Below the pieces are notes generated by a model. It did not search any database. It saw nothing but the letters and a program-made list of their open reading frames with translations, and was not told the DNA's origin. A stretch of DNA of 64,000 nucleotides from Oscillospiraceae bacterium (lineage in GTDB: Bacteria > Bacillota > Clostridia > Oscillospirales > Acutalibacteraceae), in assembly GCA_047777415.1 (NCBI GenBank), contig JBKEEO010000002.1, forward strand, positions 672,420-736,419, in the 5' to 3' direction. Positions 28,101 to 37,849 of the stretch are shown one piece after another. A program made the position numbers and the translations under genes. How positions within the stretch are numbered: the stretch's first letter is position 1; every line of letters begins with the position of its first letter.

Positions 28101-29526
28101 GAATACTGCGTTCCGGATTGACAAAGGTATCAAAAGAATCCTTCACTTCTCCGTTCACAATTCGCACCGCACCGATTTCCGTGATGCGGTCCATTGTTGG
28201 ACTTAATCCGGTTGTTTCAATATCAAACGAGATAAACTCCCCGGACAGTTCTCGGTTGTCGTTACCTTTAACGGCAGGAACAAGGTCATTGACAAAATAA
28301 GCCTCCGTACCGTACAGAATTTTGATCGGCTGCCCCTTCTTCTTCAGCTCTTCTGCCGTGTTCATCGCATCAGGAAACGCTTGTACAACTCCGTGATCCG
28401 TCACAGCTATCGCTTTATGTCCCCAGTTTGCTGCTCGACGGATTAATTCCGAGACAGGAGTAACCCCATCCATTGCGGACATATTGGAGTGAAGGTGCAG
28501 TTCCACGCGCTTGTCCTGTGCGTCATCCGTCACTTGCACCTGTTTTACGGTCGCGATGCTTTTGGGACGCAGAACAATTTCATGGTCATATTTGTCGTAT
28601 TCAACATTCCCTCTGACCAGCACGGACATCCCTTTTGCAAGCGTATCGAGCATCTTACACTGGGTTGCCATCTCGATAACTTTCAAAGTAATGGAACTGG
28701 TATAATCCGTTACATTGATTGAATAAATTTTGCGCTGTCTGTCACGTGTTGCTTTTTGTTCAATGGAAAAAATTTCACCCCAGATGGTTGCGCTTCCAAT
28801 ATCGGGAGTGATTTTAGCAATTGGAATTGGCTTGGCACGGGGCATATGACCGTAGATTTCTCTGGCACTGTCTAAAACAATCGTTGGATAAAGTGTTTCC
28901 CCTTCACGCACGCTGATGGTTTTCGGAGTCGTTTTTCTTTGATGCAATTTCTCTTCCGATTCCACCATGTCTGCAATCGCCTGCCTGCGGCGGGTTTCTT
29001 CCTTGACTAATTTACGGTTAATAAATTCGGTAGCTCCCTGTTCTGCCTTTAGAACACCGTTAAACTCAACTGTAAGATGAATGCCAAACTTTTCGCGAAT
29101 CAGTTCGGCGATCATTCGGTCAATATGGCGGGCTTTTAGAATATTACCGCCGCCATGTTTTAAGGTAATTAATAATTTTCCATCTTCCAATGTTGCCTGA
29201 GAATCTGTGAAGGTTCCGTTTAAACTTGCTTCACGTTGTTTTAGTTCTGCAATAATGCTTGGAAAATAATCCGTTGAAAAGGAAGCCTGCGGAAAGGTTG
29301 GTTTCACGCAGGCTTTGGAGAGGCGGAGCTTTTTACAGGAAACAATACTTTGCTCCACCTGCTTTATTACGTTCCACTCGATCAAAGCAGGAAAACAGAC
29401 TTTCGCCGTAATCATTCTTTCGTTGGAATTAATTTGCAGGGAAGTGATCGTACCTTCACGAACCGGTTCTGGAAACCGAGAAATATCTTCTATATACTCA
29501 TGAAAAAATTCCCCAAACTTTTTCAA
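25183..29526 (-). CDS. polC: DNA polymerase III PolC-type alpha subunit
   Basis: OB fold, PHP (ELHLHS), inserted exonuclease (FDIETTG), GRGS-type GSRGSVGSS, PDIDLNF, FPKAHAAAY; 1447 aa. Confidence 0.98.
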   Translation of the reverse strand: MKKFGEFFHEYIEDISRFPEPVREGTITSLQINSNERMITAKVCFPALIEWNVIKQVEQSIVSCKKLRLSKACVKPTFPQASFSTDYFPSIIAELKQREASLNGTFTDSQATLEDGKLLITLKHGGGNILKARHIDRMIAELIREKFGIHLTVEFNGVLKAEQGATEFINRKLVKEETRRRQAIADMVESEEKLHQRKTTPKTISVREGETLYPTIVLDSAREIYGHMPRAKPIPIAKITPDIGSATIWGEIFSIEQKATRDRQRKIYSINVTDYTSSITLKVIEMATQCKMLDTLAKGMSVLVRGNVEYDKYDHEIVLRPKSIATVKQVQVTDDAQDKRVELHLHSNMSAMDGVTPVSELIRRAANWGHKAIAVTDHGVVQAFPDAMNTAEELKKKGQPIKILYGTEAYFVNDLVPAVKGNDNRELSGEFISFDIETTGLSPTMDRITEIGAVRIVNGEVKDSFDTFVNPERSIPAKITELTGITDEMVKDAPSEKEALERFFQFCGKDAVLIAHNADFDTSFIRVASERCGFEFSNTYIDTVPMCRSLLKGIKNAKLDTVAKYLKLDPFQHHRACDDAAVLGQIFLRLIQRLIEDTGAKTVQDINSSLAGGDIKKMKSYHMILIAKNQIGLKNLYKLISKSHLDYFYRNPRIPKSELIKHREGILVGSACEAGELYRAITSAQPWTTLCEIASFYDYLEIQPVGNNRFMVREGMVPDEEKIREFNRTVVKLGEKLNLPVVATCDVHFMDPKDAEYRKILMHSLGFKDADEQAPLYFRTTPEMLKEFEYLGKEKAYEVVVTNPNRIADMVEEIRPIPEGTFPPFIEGAEEQLTNITWTRAKEIYGDPLPELVKNRLERELGSITKHGFSVLYMIAQKLVADSVAHGYLVGSRGSVGSSFVANLAGISEVNPLEPHYVCPNCKHSEFITDGSVGSGFDLPPKKCPICGAEYNRDGHTIPFETFLGFDGDKTPDIDLNFSGEYQSSAHRYTEKLFGKDHVFKAGTISTVADKTALGFVKKYEEEKGIVLHRAEELRLAAGCTGVKRTTGQHPGGMVVVPEGKEIYDFCPVQRPANDQNSDSITTHFDFHSIHDTICKLDELGHDVPTIYRYLEDYTGIPVMNVSMSDPQVMSLFTSTEALGVKPEDIDSETGTFSLPEVGTSFVRQMLVESKPKTFSDLLQISGLSHGTDVWLGNAQELIKNGTCTISEVIGTRDSIMTYLLHKGLEPKMAFKIMEITRKGKAPKLLTEDYIQAMKEHGVPQWYIDSCMKIKYMFPKAHAAAYMISTLRLGWYKVHRPVEYYAAYFTVRGEDFDGALVMQGRDAVRRKMNEIVMKGKEATAKEEAAYATLQIVNEMLARGIEVLPVDLYKSDAKKFLVEDNKIRLPFLSLSGVGEAAAKSLAEAGKKGPYISVDDLQARAKVSKSVIETMEAAGVLKDLPKSSQISLF

Positions 29527-29539
29527 TAGTCTTCATCCT

Positions 29540-30580
29540 TTACATTTGATCGATTTCCTGCAGCAGGGCTTCGACCAACTCGTTTTCCGGTACCCTGCGG
29601 ACAATTTCTCCTCTTTTAAAAATCAGGCCTACACCATCTCCGCCGGCAATCCCAATATCAGCTTCTCTGGCTTCACCCGGTCCGTTGACCGCACAGCCCA
29701 TAAGCGCTACGGTCAAATCTTTCTTTAGGCCAGTCAGTCGTTTTTCCACTTCTTCTACAATGGGAATCAGATCAATCCGTGTTCTGCCGCAAGTTGGGCA
29801 GGACACAATCCGTATGCCTCCGCGCAGAGAAAGTGCTTTCAACAGGTCGATTCCTGCTTCCACTTCACGTACAGGATCCGCCGTCAGTGACACACGGATG
29901 GTATCACCGATTCCACGCTGCAATAGTGACCCAATACCAATTGCGGACTTTATGATGCCCATCCGTTCGCTTCCGGCTTCCGTCACGCCTAGATGAAGCG
30001 GATAATCACATTGGGATGAAACCAGTTCATTCGCCTTAATCATGCAATTTACATCCGATGATTTAATTGAGATGACAATATCATCAAAATGGAATTTTTC
30101 CAATAATGACGCATGATACAAAGCACTTTCCGCAAGTGCCTGCGGAGTAGGTCCGCCGTACTTTTTTAACAGATCTTTTTCCAGAGAACCGGAATTTACA
30201 CCGATTCGGATTGGAATTTTTCTGTCGGCACAAGCGGCAGCCACCTCACGTACGCGTTCATCGGAGCCGATGTTTCCGGGGTTTATACGAATTGCATCGA
30301 CTCCAGCTTTCACGCAAGCAATTGCCAGCCGATAATCAAAATGAATATCAGCAACCAACGGAATTTTAATTGCCTTTTTGATTGCAGGCACCAGTTCCAC
30401 CGATTGTGAATTCGGAACTGCAACGCGTAAAATTTCACATCCTGCCATCTCCAGAGTTTTTGCCTGCTCTATGTTTCCATGGACATCCTCTGCGGGTTTA
30501 TTCAGCATGGACTGCACTGTAATTTTGGATCCGCCGCCGACGGCAACGGATCCGACAAACACTTTTTTTGATGTTCTCAT
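29540..30580 (-). CDS. ispG: HMBPP synthase
   Basis: ADIHFDY, RINPGNIG, HLGVTEAG, CPTCGR, MGCAVNGPGE. Confidence 0.97.
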   Translation of the reverse strand: MRTSKKVFVGSVAVGGGSKITVQSMLNKPAEDVHGNIEQAKTLEMAGCEILRVAVPNSQSVELVPAIKKAIKIPLVADIHFDYRLAIACVKAGVDAIRINPGNIGSDERVREVAAACADRKIPIRIGVNSGSLEKDLLKKYGGPTPQALAESALYHASLLEKFHFDDIVISIKSSDVNCMIKANELVSSQCDYPLHLGVTEAGSERMGIIKSAIGIGSLLQRGIGDTIRVSLTADPVREVEAGIDLLKALSLRGGIRIVSCPTCGRTRIDLIPIVEEVEKRLTGLKKDLTVALMGCAVNGPGEAREADIGIAGGDGVGLIFKRGEIVRRVPENELVEALLQEIDQM

Positions 30581-31659
30581 GCGCCGCCCAATCCTTTCCC
30601 TGTAATCAGGCGCAGAATATCACTATAGGTCACAATAATCATAAAGCCCATCAGCAACACAAATCCTGCTGTTTCCACAATTCCAACATACTTTTGCTGC
30701 AGAGGTTTGCGTCTGACGGCTTCAACAAGCAAAAACAATACTTTTCCGCCGTCCAATGCCGGGAACGGCATTAAATTTACCACACCGAGGTTGACCGTAA
30801 GGACCATGGTCATATAGAGGACATTATTCAAACCATCCAAAAAGCTCCGAGCAAGACCGGCAGAAGCTGCTTGGTTAATGGCACTGACTGCGCCTACCGG
30901 TCCAGCAACATCATTAAACCCAAATTTTCCAGTAAGAAGTCCAATCAAACTGTACCATATCATACGAACAGTGGATACTGTATCTTGTACAGACTTCGTG
31001 ATTAAAGTGCCAAGATTCTTTTCGATCGGCATAACATAAAAGTCAAGAGTCAAATAACTTTTCCCATTGACGGTTTGAGTATTAAATTTGATATCGTTAA
31101 ATGTGAGAATTTCTCCGTTTCTCAAGACTTCAATATCGACAGACTCAGGATTGGCCGTGGCCAGTGCAAAACTGAGATCGCGATCGCCATAGATGCGGTA
31201 ATGGTCTACGGAAACAAACTCATCGCCTCTTTGCAAACCGGCCTGCGCAAGAGCGGAATTTGATTCAAACTGAGAAATTGTTGTGGAAGAAAATGCGGTT
31301 TCTTGCCCAAGAATGATCATCATCAAGACAAGCCCAAAAACGATATTCATGACAGCACCCATTATAACAACCAAAAGGCGTTTCCATACGGGCTTTTTCC
31401 CAAAGGCCCTTTCATCACTGCTTTCTTGATCCTCACCTTCCATGGCGCAAAAACCGCCAATTGGCAGCAAACGAAGAGAATAGCGGGTTTCTTTTCCCTG
31501 AATATGAAACAGAGTCGGACCCATGCCAATTGCAAATTCATTGACACGAATTCCACATAGCTTTGCTGTAAAAAAATGACCGAATTCGTGAATAAAAATC
31601 ATAAATCCAAATAGCAAAACTGCAATAAGAATCAGACTTGCTTTGATAATAATAATCAC
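30577..31659 (-). CDS. rseP: RIP metalloprotease (site-2 protease with PDZ)
   Basis: HEFGH, NLMPFPALDGG. Confidence 0.93.
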   Translation of the reverse strand: MIIIIKASLILIAVLLFGFMIFIHEFGHFFTAKLCGIRVNEFAIGMGPTLFHIQGKETRYSLRLLPIGGFCAMEGEDQESSDERAFGKKPVWKRLLVVIMGAVMNIVFGLVLMMIILGQETAFSSTTISQFESNSALAQAGLQRGDEFVSVDHYRIYGDRDLSFALATANPESVDIEVLRNGEILTFNDIKFNTQTVNGKSYLTLDFYVMPIEKNLGTLITKSVQDTVSTVRMIWYSLIGLLTGKFGFNDVAGPVGAVSAINQAASAGLARSFLDGLNNVLYMTMVLTVNLGVVNLMPFPALDGGKVLFLLVEAVRRKPLQQKYVGIVETAGFVLLMGFMIIVTYSDILRLITGKGLGGA

Positions 31660-31662
31660 CCC

Positions 31663-32817
31663 TCAGGTATTTACTGCGTTTAAAACGTAACTGCGAGCCT
31701 GCGCGTCTGCATGTAAAATGTCGTCAACACTGGAAACCTGGTCCACATCCGGCTGATGTTCCATCGCTTCCCATACCAAATCGCCAATATCACGAAAGGA
31801 TATTTTATGATTTAAAAACAGCCGAACGGCAACTTCATTAGCTGCATTGGCAGCTGCGGGCGCAAGACCTCCTCGGCGCAAAGCACGCCGGCAAGCAGCG
31901 AGACACCGAAATGTTGTTTCATCCGGCCGGGCAAAGGTCAGTTTTCCATATGCCGCCAAATCCAGTTCATCTGTATCCATGTCAAGGCGTTCGGGATATG
32001 TGATGGCATATTGAATCGGTAAATGCATATCCGGAACCCCAAGCTGCGCGATGACCGATCGATCTTCAAATTCCACCATGGAGTGAATTACGCTTTCCCG
32101 TTGCACCAATACGTCGATTTTTTCATCCGGCATATCGAACAACCAGGAAGCCTCAATAATTTCCAAACCTTTATTCATCATGGTGGACGAGTCTATTGTA
32201 ACCTTTGGCCCCATATTCCAGTTTGGATGTTTGAGCGCTTGCTCAGGCGTAACATCATTTAATTCTTCCAAAGTTCTTCCAAAAAACGGGCCACCGGAAG
32301 CCGTTAGAATAATGCGGCGTACGGATTTTTTCCCCGGGCTGCCCTGCAGACACTGAAACACAGCAGAATGTTCACTGTCTACGGGAAGAATTTTGACATG
32401 ATGTTTCTTTGCCTCCCTCATAACCAAATTCCCGCCGGCAACAAGTGTTTCTTTGTTGGCAAGGGCAACATCTTTGCCAGCATGGATAGCGGCAAGCGTA
32501 GGCTCAAGCCCAACCATCCCTACAACAGAATTGCAAACGAGGCCTGCCGTTGGCAGGCAGGCCGCTTCGCATAAGCCGTCCATCCCCTGCACTATTTTAA
32601 CAGGCAGGTCTCTGACCGCTATTTTCAGTTGTTTTGCTGCAGCAGGGTCAAAAACAGATGCAATCTGCGGACGAAACTCTCTTATTTGTTTTTCCAGCAA
32701 ATCAATATTTTTTGCTACCGCCAACGCACAGACTTTTAAACGCAACCTGCGTGCTACGTCCAAAGTTTGTGTTCCGATGGAACCGGTGGAACCCAGTACG
32801 GATAAACATTGTTTCAT
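31663..32817 (-). CDS. dxr: 1-deoxy-D-xylulose-5-phosphate reductoisomerase
   Basis: GSTGSIG, LANKE, PVDSEH, HPNWNMG, NAANE. Confidence 0.97.
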   Translation of the reverse strand: MKQCLSVLGSTGSIGTQTLDVARRLRLKVCALAVAKNIDLLEKQIREFRPQIASVFDPAAAKQLKIAVRDLPVKIVQGMDGLCEAACLPTAGLVCNSVVGMVGLEPTLAAIHAGKDVALANKETLVAGGNLVMREAKKHHVKILPVDSEHSAVFQCLQGSPGKKSVRRIILTASGGPFFGRTLEELNDVTPEQALKHPNWNMGPKVTIDSSTMMNKGLEIIEASWLFDMPDEKIDVLVQRESVIHSMVEFEDRSVIAQLGVPDMHLPIQYAITYPERLDMDTDELDLAAYGKLTFARPDETTFRCLAACRRALRRGGLAPAAANAANEVAVRLFLNHKISFRDIGDLVWEAMEHQPDVDQVSSVDDILHADAQARSYVLNAVNT

Positions 32818-32866
32818 TATTATTCACCAATAGCCTCGATTATTGCAGTCAATAAAAAAATAACTT

Positions 32867-33691
32867 TCACTTTAAAACAATTGGAAAAATTTGAACCAGA
32901 AAATACACAAAGGGTGCTTCAAAAATTACGCTGTCAAAGCGGTCCAGAATACCTCCATGTCCCGGTATCATTTCGCCGAAATCCTTAATATGGCAACTCC
33001 GCTTAATCAGTGAAAAGCTCAGGTCACCCAATATGGATATAACTGTTCCAAATATACCGATTAGAAACAGAGGAAGATACGATATTTCAACACTATAAGC
33101 ATAATAAATGGCATGGAACAGATAGCCAAATACCAACATGGCAGCAACGTTTAACAAAAGTCCTCCTACTGCGCCCTCCACTGTCTTATTAGGACTGATG
33201 TTTGGACACAATTTGTGCTTTCCTAAAAAAGTTCCGGCAAAATAAGCACCAACATCCGCGGTCCAAGCAGAAAATATACCGATTATAACATAAAACATAC
33301 CGTGCTCGCCGCCGATTTCTCGCAGACTGATAATGGTTCCAAGCGCCGAAGGGATTAACAGCGACATACTGTAGATGACGCCAACTTCACGAAATGTAAT
33401 ATCAGAGTGGTAAAAGATCAACGCGGAAAAGATGACAATGGTATATAAAAAATAAGCGACGCCATACCAATACTGTGCTGTCAAAAATGGAAGCGCCGCC
33501 GAAAATAGCAGGCTGGGAATCAGAAGAATCAAATTTTTTGCAAGACCCAGCGCAGTAATAATTTCGTTTACTGCTAAAACAGAAATCAGGCCGATTGCAA
33601 AATTTAAAGCAAGCGGTACCACACCGTTGCAAATGACAATAGCGGCCAAGAATACTATCAAGGTGATTGCCGAAGCAATTCTTGTTTTCAA
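32867..33691 (-). CDS. cdsA: Phosphatidate cytidylyltransferase
   Basis: Multi-TM; SPNKTVEG, IKDFGEMIPGHGGILDRFDS. Confidence 0.95.
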   Translation of the reverse strand: MKTRIASAITLIVFLAAIVICNGVVPLALNFAIGLISVLAVNEIITALGLAKNLILLIPSLLFSAALPFLTAQYWYGVAYFLYTIVIFSALIFYHSDITFREVGVIYSMSLLIPSALGTIISLREIGGEHGMFYVIIGIFSAWTADVGAYFAGTFLGKHKLCPNISPNKTVEGAVGGLLLNVAAMLVFGYLFHAIYYAYSVEISYLPLFLIGIFGTVISILGDLSFSLIKRSCHIKDFGEMIPGHGGILDRFDSVIFEAPFVYFLVQIFPIVLK

Positions 33692-34399
33692 TCAAATCCC
33701 TCCGAAGCGCCTGTTGCGGGCGGCATAGAGTTCCAGAGCACGGTCCAAATCCTTCGGTTTAAAGTCCGGCCAAAGGATATCCATAAATACAAATTCTGTA
33801 TATGCGGATTGCCATAAAAGGAAATTGGAAATTCTCTGCTCTCCGCTTGGGCGGATGATTAAGTCGGGATCCGGCTGACCTGCGGTATATAATTTTCCCG
33901 AAAACACATCTTCGTCAATATCATCAGGCGACAAAATACCATTTTGAACATCACGCGCCAAACTTTTTGCTGCTCTTAGAAGTTCTGCCCGTCCGCCATA
34001 ATTCAAAGCGATATTTAAGACCATCCCTGTCTTATCTTTAGATACGCGAACAGTTTCGTCAATCAATTCTCTCAGCCGCGGATCAAAAACAGTTTCATCG
34101 CCAAGAAAATGAACCTGAATATTTTCATCCAAAAAATTAGTCAATGCATCGGTAAGATATTGTTTAAACAGCTTGATTAAGGTAAGAACCTCATCCTGAG
34201 GACGTTTCCAGTTCTCCGTTGAAAAAGCGTAAACTGTTAAATACCGAATCCCGATTTTGCTGCAATAGCGAACGATATTCTTGAAAACCGCTGCACCGGC
34301 CGCGTGACCGGCAGAGCGGGGAAGCCCCCGCCTTTTGGCCCAGCGACCGTTGCCATCCATAATAATTCCCACATGTGAAGGCAGAACATTCTTCGCCAT
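33692..34399 (-). CDS. uppS: Undecaprenyl diphosphate synthase
   Basis: IMDGNGRWA, AFSTENWKRP, RPSGEQRISNFLLWQ. Confidence 0.96.
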   Translation of the reverse strand: MAKNVLPSHVGIIMDGNGRWAKRRGLPRSAGHAAGAAVFKNIVRYCSKIGIRYLTVYAFSTENWKRPQDEVLTLIKLFKQYLTDALTNFLDENIQVHFLGDETVFDPRLRELIDETVRVSKDKTGMVLNIALNYGGRAELLRAAKSLARDVQNGILSPDDIDEDVFSGKLYTAGQPDPDLIIRPSGEQRISNFLLWQSAYTEFVFMDILWPDFKPKDLDRALELYAARNRRFGGI

Positions 34400-34402
34400 T
34401 GA

Positions 34403-34957
34403 TTAAATCTCCAAAATTTCCTTTTTCTTTTCTTCGAAAATTCGATCCGTTTCCTTACAGTATTTGTCGGTTAACTCCTGCGTATGCTTTTCCGCTTTCT
34501 TAAGATCGTCTTCCGTCAATTCAGAATTCTTCTTCTTCGTCTTCAATTTTTCCATCGCGTCACGCCGAATGGAACGGATTGCAACCTTGCATTCTTCTCC
34601 CATTTTGCTGATCTCTTTGACCAGATCGCGCCTTCTTTCTTCAGAAAGCGGCGGGAATGTAAGACGAATGACTTTTCCGTCACTCTGCGGGTTGATGCCT
34701 AAATCGGACATTTCAATCGCACGTTCCACGGCTTTGCAAACAGAGGCATCCCACGGTTGAATCGTCAAAACACGGGCTTCACTGACGGAAATAGCGGCCA
34801 ACTGATTAATGGGAGTCGGAGTACCATAATAATCCACCCTGATTTTATCCAGTACGGCAGGATTTGCCCTGCCAGCGCGAATCGCAGCGTAATTGCTGGT
34901 AAGAACTGAAATACTTTTTTTCATTCGATTTTCTGCATCGGTTAAAATGTCTTTCAT
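34403..34957 (-). CDS. frr: Ribosome recycling factor
   Basis: IRAGRANP, YYGTPTP, LSEERRRDL. Confidence 0.97.
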   Translation of the reverse strand: MKDILTDAENRMKKSISVLTSNYAAIRAGRANPAVLDKIRVDYYGTPTPINQLAAISVSEARVLTIQPWDASVCKAVERAIEMSDLGINPQSDGKVIRLTFPPLSEERRRDLVKEISKMGEECKVAIRSIRRDAMEKLKTKKKNSELTEDDLKKAEKHTQELTDKYCKETDRIFEEKKKEILEI

Positions 34958-34959
34958 GA

Positions 34960-35688
34960 CTAATCCTCCTTCACATCATTAACAATGGTTCCGATCGGTT
35001 CACCACAAACCGCCTTCACAATGTTCTCGGGCTGGTCAATGTTGAACACCAAAATTGGAATATGATTATCCATGCAAAGTGATGCGGCCGTACTGTCCAT
35101 CACCTGCAGTCCCCGGTTCAGAACATCCAAAAAAGACAGGGAGCTGAATTTCACAGCATTTGTATTTGTTTTTGGGTCCCTGTCATAGACGCCGTCCACC
35201 ATAGTGGCTTTTAAAACAATATCGGCGTCAATTTCAGCGGCTCTAAGTGCCGCTGCCGTATCGGTGGAAAAGAAAGGATTACCAGTGCCGCAGCCGAACA
35301 CAACGACTCTTCCCTTTTCCATATGGCGTACAGCGCGGTTGCGGATATAAGGTTCTGCAATCTGTCTCATTTCAATAGCAGTCTGTACACGAACCGGAAC
35401 GCCAAGTTGTTCTAACGCATCCGCTACACCGAGGGCGTTGATCGTGGTTGCCAGCATACCCATATGGTCAGCACGAGTGCGGTCCATTTTTCCGCTGCTG
35501 CGGCCGCGCCAGAAATTTCCGCCGCCTACTACAATGCCAATCTGCACGCCTAGGTCAGCACATTGCTTCACCGGTCTGCAGATCTCCAGAACTTTGTCAA
35601 AATCAATGCCGTGTGTTTTCGTACCGGCAAGACTTTCTCCGCTGAGTTTCAGCAATACTCTTTTATATTTTGGCTGCAATTCCAACAC
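34960..35688 (-). CDS. pyrH: UMP kinase
   Basis: [35 protein letters not shown]. Confidence 0.97.
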   Translation of the reverse strand: MLELQPKYKRVLLKLSGESLAGTKTHGIDFDKVLEICRPVKQCADLGVQIGIVVGGGNFWRGRSSGKMDRTRADHMGMLATTINALGVADALEQLGVPVRVQTAIEMRQIAEPYIRNRAVRHMEKGRVVVFGCGTGNPFFSTDTAAALRAAEIDADIVLKATMVDGVYDRDPKTNTNAVKFSSLSFLDVLNRGLQVMDSTAASLCMDNHIPILVFNIDQPENIVKAVCGEPIGTIVNDVKED

Positions 35689-35817
35689 TCCTATTCAGTT
35701 TATCTTATTTTACATGATGTACCGTACAAAGTAAAGCGTTTCATAGGCAAAATCGCTATTCTTTACGGGCACAACAAAGAAAATATAATCTGTATTCAAT
35801 GTTACAAACCATAAAAA

Positions 35818-35851
35818 CAGCCGCCCAACTTTCCAAGCAAATGGCGGCTGA
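35818..35851. terminator. Terminator-like hairpin downstream of nrdR
   Basis: CAGCCGCC-17 nt-GGCGGCTG preceded by AAAAA (U run on the minus strand). Confidence 0.55.
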
Positions 35852-35885
35852 ATTTCCGCTTTATAAGCGGCTTGTATCAATGATG

Positions 35886-36350
35886 TTATTTATTCGATTT
35901 GCTCTTAATAATGCGATTAAGCTCGTCCAAAAAAATGTTAATATCCTTAAACTGACGATAAACCGAAGCAAAGCGTACATATGCGACTTCATCAACGGTT
36001 TTCAGTTTTTCCATTGCATATTGGCCAATTAAACTCGACGGAACTTCGCGATCCAACGAATTCTGAAGCATATTTTCAATTTCATCAACAATCTTCTCTA
36101 AGGTCTCAATCGAAACGGGACGTTTTTCACATGCCCGCAAAAGGCCATTTAAAAGCTTGTTGCGGTCAAATGCTTCTCTTGATTTATCTTTTTTTATGAC
36201 AACGATAGGTACCGTCTCAATGACTTCATAGGTGGTAAAACGTCTGGAACATTTTAAACATTCCCTGCGCCTGCGAATTCGTTCCCCTTCGTCTGTGGGA
36301 CGGGAATCAATCACTTTGCTTTCTGCATATCCACAATACGGGCATTTCAT
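35886..36350 (-). CDS. nrdR: Transcriptional repressor NrdR
   Basis: MKCPYCG, RRRREC..C..RFTTYE, ATP cone, AYVRFASVY. Confidence 0.97.
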   Translation of the reverse strand: MKCPYCGYAESKVIDSRPTDEGERIRRRRECLKCSRRFTTYEVIETVPIVVIKKDKSREAFDRNKLLNGLLRACEKRPVSIETLEKIVDEIENMLQNSLDREVPSSLIGQYAMEKLKTVDEVAYVRFASVYRQFKDINIFLDELNRIIKSKSNK

Positions 36351-36383
36351 CAGTCCGTCACCTCGAATATTTCCTTCTGTTGT

Positions 36384-36412
36384 ATTATATCAATTTTCCT
36401 AATTTATATCAA
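36384..36412 (-). promoter_or_regulatory. sigmaA promoter of nrdR
   Basis: TTGATA-17 bp-TATAAT with TGn. Confidence 0.7.
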
Positions 36413-36427
36413 GTATATCAAGCAAAT

Positions 36428-37222
36428 TCACCAAACCTTTTCAATGAGTTCATCCACGATTCGTTTAGCAGACAAAAGTTCTTTCAATTCATTAAAATTT
36501 TTTCGGTAAACTTCAATAATTAAATCTCCATCAAACTGAAAGCCTTTCAGCATTTGTATCAAGGCAGGATAATCCATTGTCCCACTGCCTGGAAGAAGAC
36601 AGTCAAAATTTGGTTTATTGTCATTTATATGTACATGTACGATTTTATCCCCCATGGCGTCACAGACTTCAAATGGATTTTTTCCGCCGCGAACGGCCTG
36701 TTTAATGTCCAGAACAAATGCACAATCCTGACCGCAGTATTGTTTCATTTTTACAATCAAATCTGCGTCGTTACTTATAAATTGATTAACATTTTCCTGT
36801 GCAACTGTAACACCGAATGTTTGACCAACACGGTACAGCGTACTGTATCGCTTGAAATACTGTTCATCCAAAGCAGGGGAGCGTTTCAGGCTACGCTTAC
36901 CATGCAGAACTAAGATATCTGCCCCGAGCAGATTGCAGACTTCAAAATAACGCTTATAAAACTCAAGGCCGTCTAAAAATCGCCGCTCATAATCTGAAAA
37001 CAACAAAAAGCTTTCATACCCGGAGGTAAATGGGTGCAGCGATTTAACATGGCTGCCGGTATCCTCCATCTTTCGGCGAAGTTCCCTAACAAAATCCGGT
37101 TTCATTTCGCTGAATGTATTAATAAAAAGCTCAAATTCGTGAAATTCTAATTGCAGCAGTGTCGTAAAAGCATCTTCCAACAACATGGGATACAGACAAG
37201 CCGTAGAAATGCCGGCCTTCAT
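36428..37222 (-). CDS. Sugar-phosphate isomerase/epimerase (AP endonuclease 2 TIM-barrel family)
   Basis: Metal-ligand pattern QENV, LDIKQ, HVHIND, IIEVY. Confidence 0.8.
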   Translation of the reverse strand: MKAGISTACLYPMLLEDAFTTLLQLEFHEFELFINTFSEMKPDFVRELRRKMEDTGSHVKSLHPFTSGYESFLLFSDYERRFLDGLEFYKRYFEVCNLLGADILVLHGKRSLKRSPALDEQYFKRYSTLYRVGQTFGVTVAQENVNQFISNDADLIVKMKQYCGQDCAFVLDIKQAVRGGKNPFEVCDAMGDKIVHVHINDNKPNFDCLLPGSGTMDYPALIQMLKGFQFDGDLIIEVYRKNFNELKELLSAKRIVDELIEKVW

Positions 37223-37296
37223 AAAATCACCTCTCAGACATTATATTCCTGCCAAACGGAAAAGTCCAGAAGCAGAGAGAGGAAAGGAGAATTACC

Positions 37297-37734
37297 ATGC
37301 AAAATGGCAAAACAGAACACTTTCTTGCAGGCAAGCTGTTTTGGGTTTCTCGTCTTAGTATGGAAGCAGCGGAGCAAATCATGCCAATGATTCGTGATGA
37401 AACAATGAAGCTTCAGGTAAGCCGTCAGCTGGAAACATACCGAACCATTGCTGCGCGGTCGGCAGAAATCCTGCAAAAATATGGGCTGGATCCCGTCGAG
37501 AAAGCGGGTTTAATGGATTGGTTGCTTCGAAAATCCATCGAAATGGATACCTCATGGAATCAAAGCACCTCGCACCTAGCCAAAATCGCAATTCACTGCA
37601 CAGATGCCGCAATGAATAACCTTATAAAGACCATAAACAAAACTGCAGCTGATGATCTGGAAATTAATATACTTGCGGAAAAGTATTTGGATGAAGGACA
37701 AAAGGACATTGAATTTTTGAAAAAGTACATTTAG
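37297..37734 (+). CDS. Hypothetical helical-bundle protein
   Basis: 145 aa with strong SD GAAAGGAG; SHLAK motif and LKKYI end resemble a clostridial hypothetical family (recollection only). Confidence 0.65.
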   Translation: MQNGKTEHFLAGKLFWVSRLSMEAAEQIMPMIRDETMKLQVSRQLETYRTIAARSAEILQKYGLDPVEKAGLMDWLLRKSIEMDTSWNQSTSHLAKIAIHCTDAAMNNLIKTINKTAADDLEINILAEKYLDEGQKDIEFLKKYI

Positions 37735-37754
37735 GATAGGCATATTTTGTTTGC

Positions 37755-37783
37755 TTGATTTCAAACAGCAATTTCGTTATAAT
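37755..37783 (+). promoter_or_regulatory. sigmaA promoter of the ABC-F gene
   Basis: TTGATT-17 bp-TATAAT. Confidence 0.6.
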
Positions 37784-37849
37784 GATTGGAACGGAAAGCA
37801 AAAGTTCCATACTTTCTGCAATGGAGCAATACATATAGAAGGGTTCTGT

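Noticed and set aside
37821-37838. uORF MEQYI before the ABC-F gene as an antibiotic-sensing attenuator
   Set aside because: No SD, no terminator/antiterminator pair, and the protein looks like a housekeeping ABC-F.
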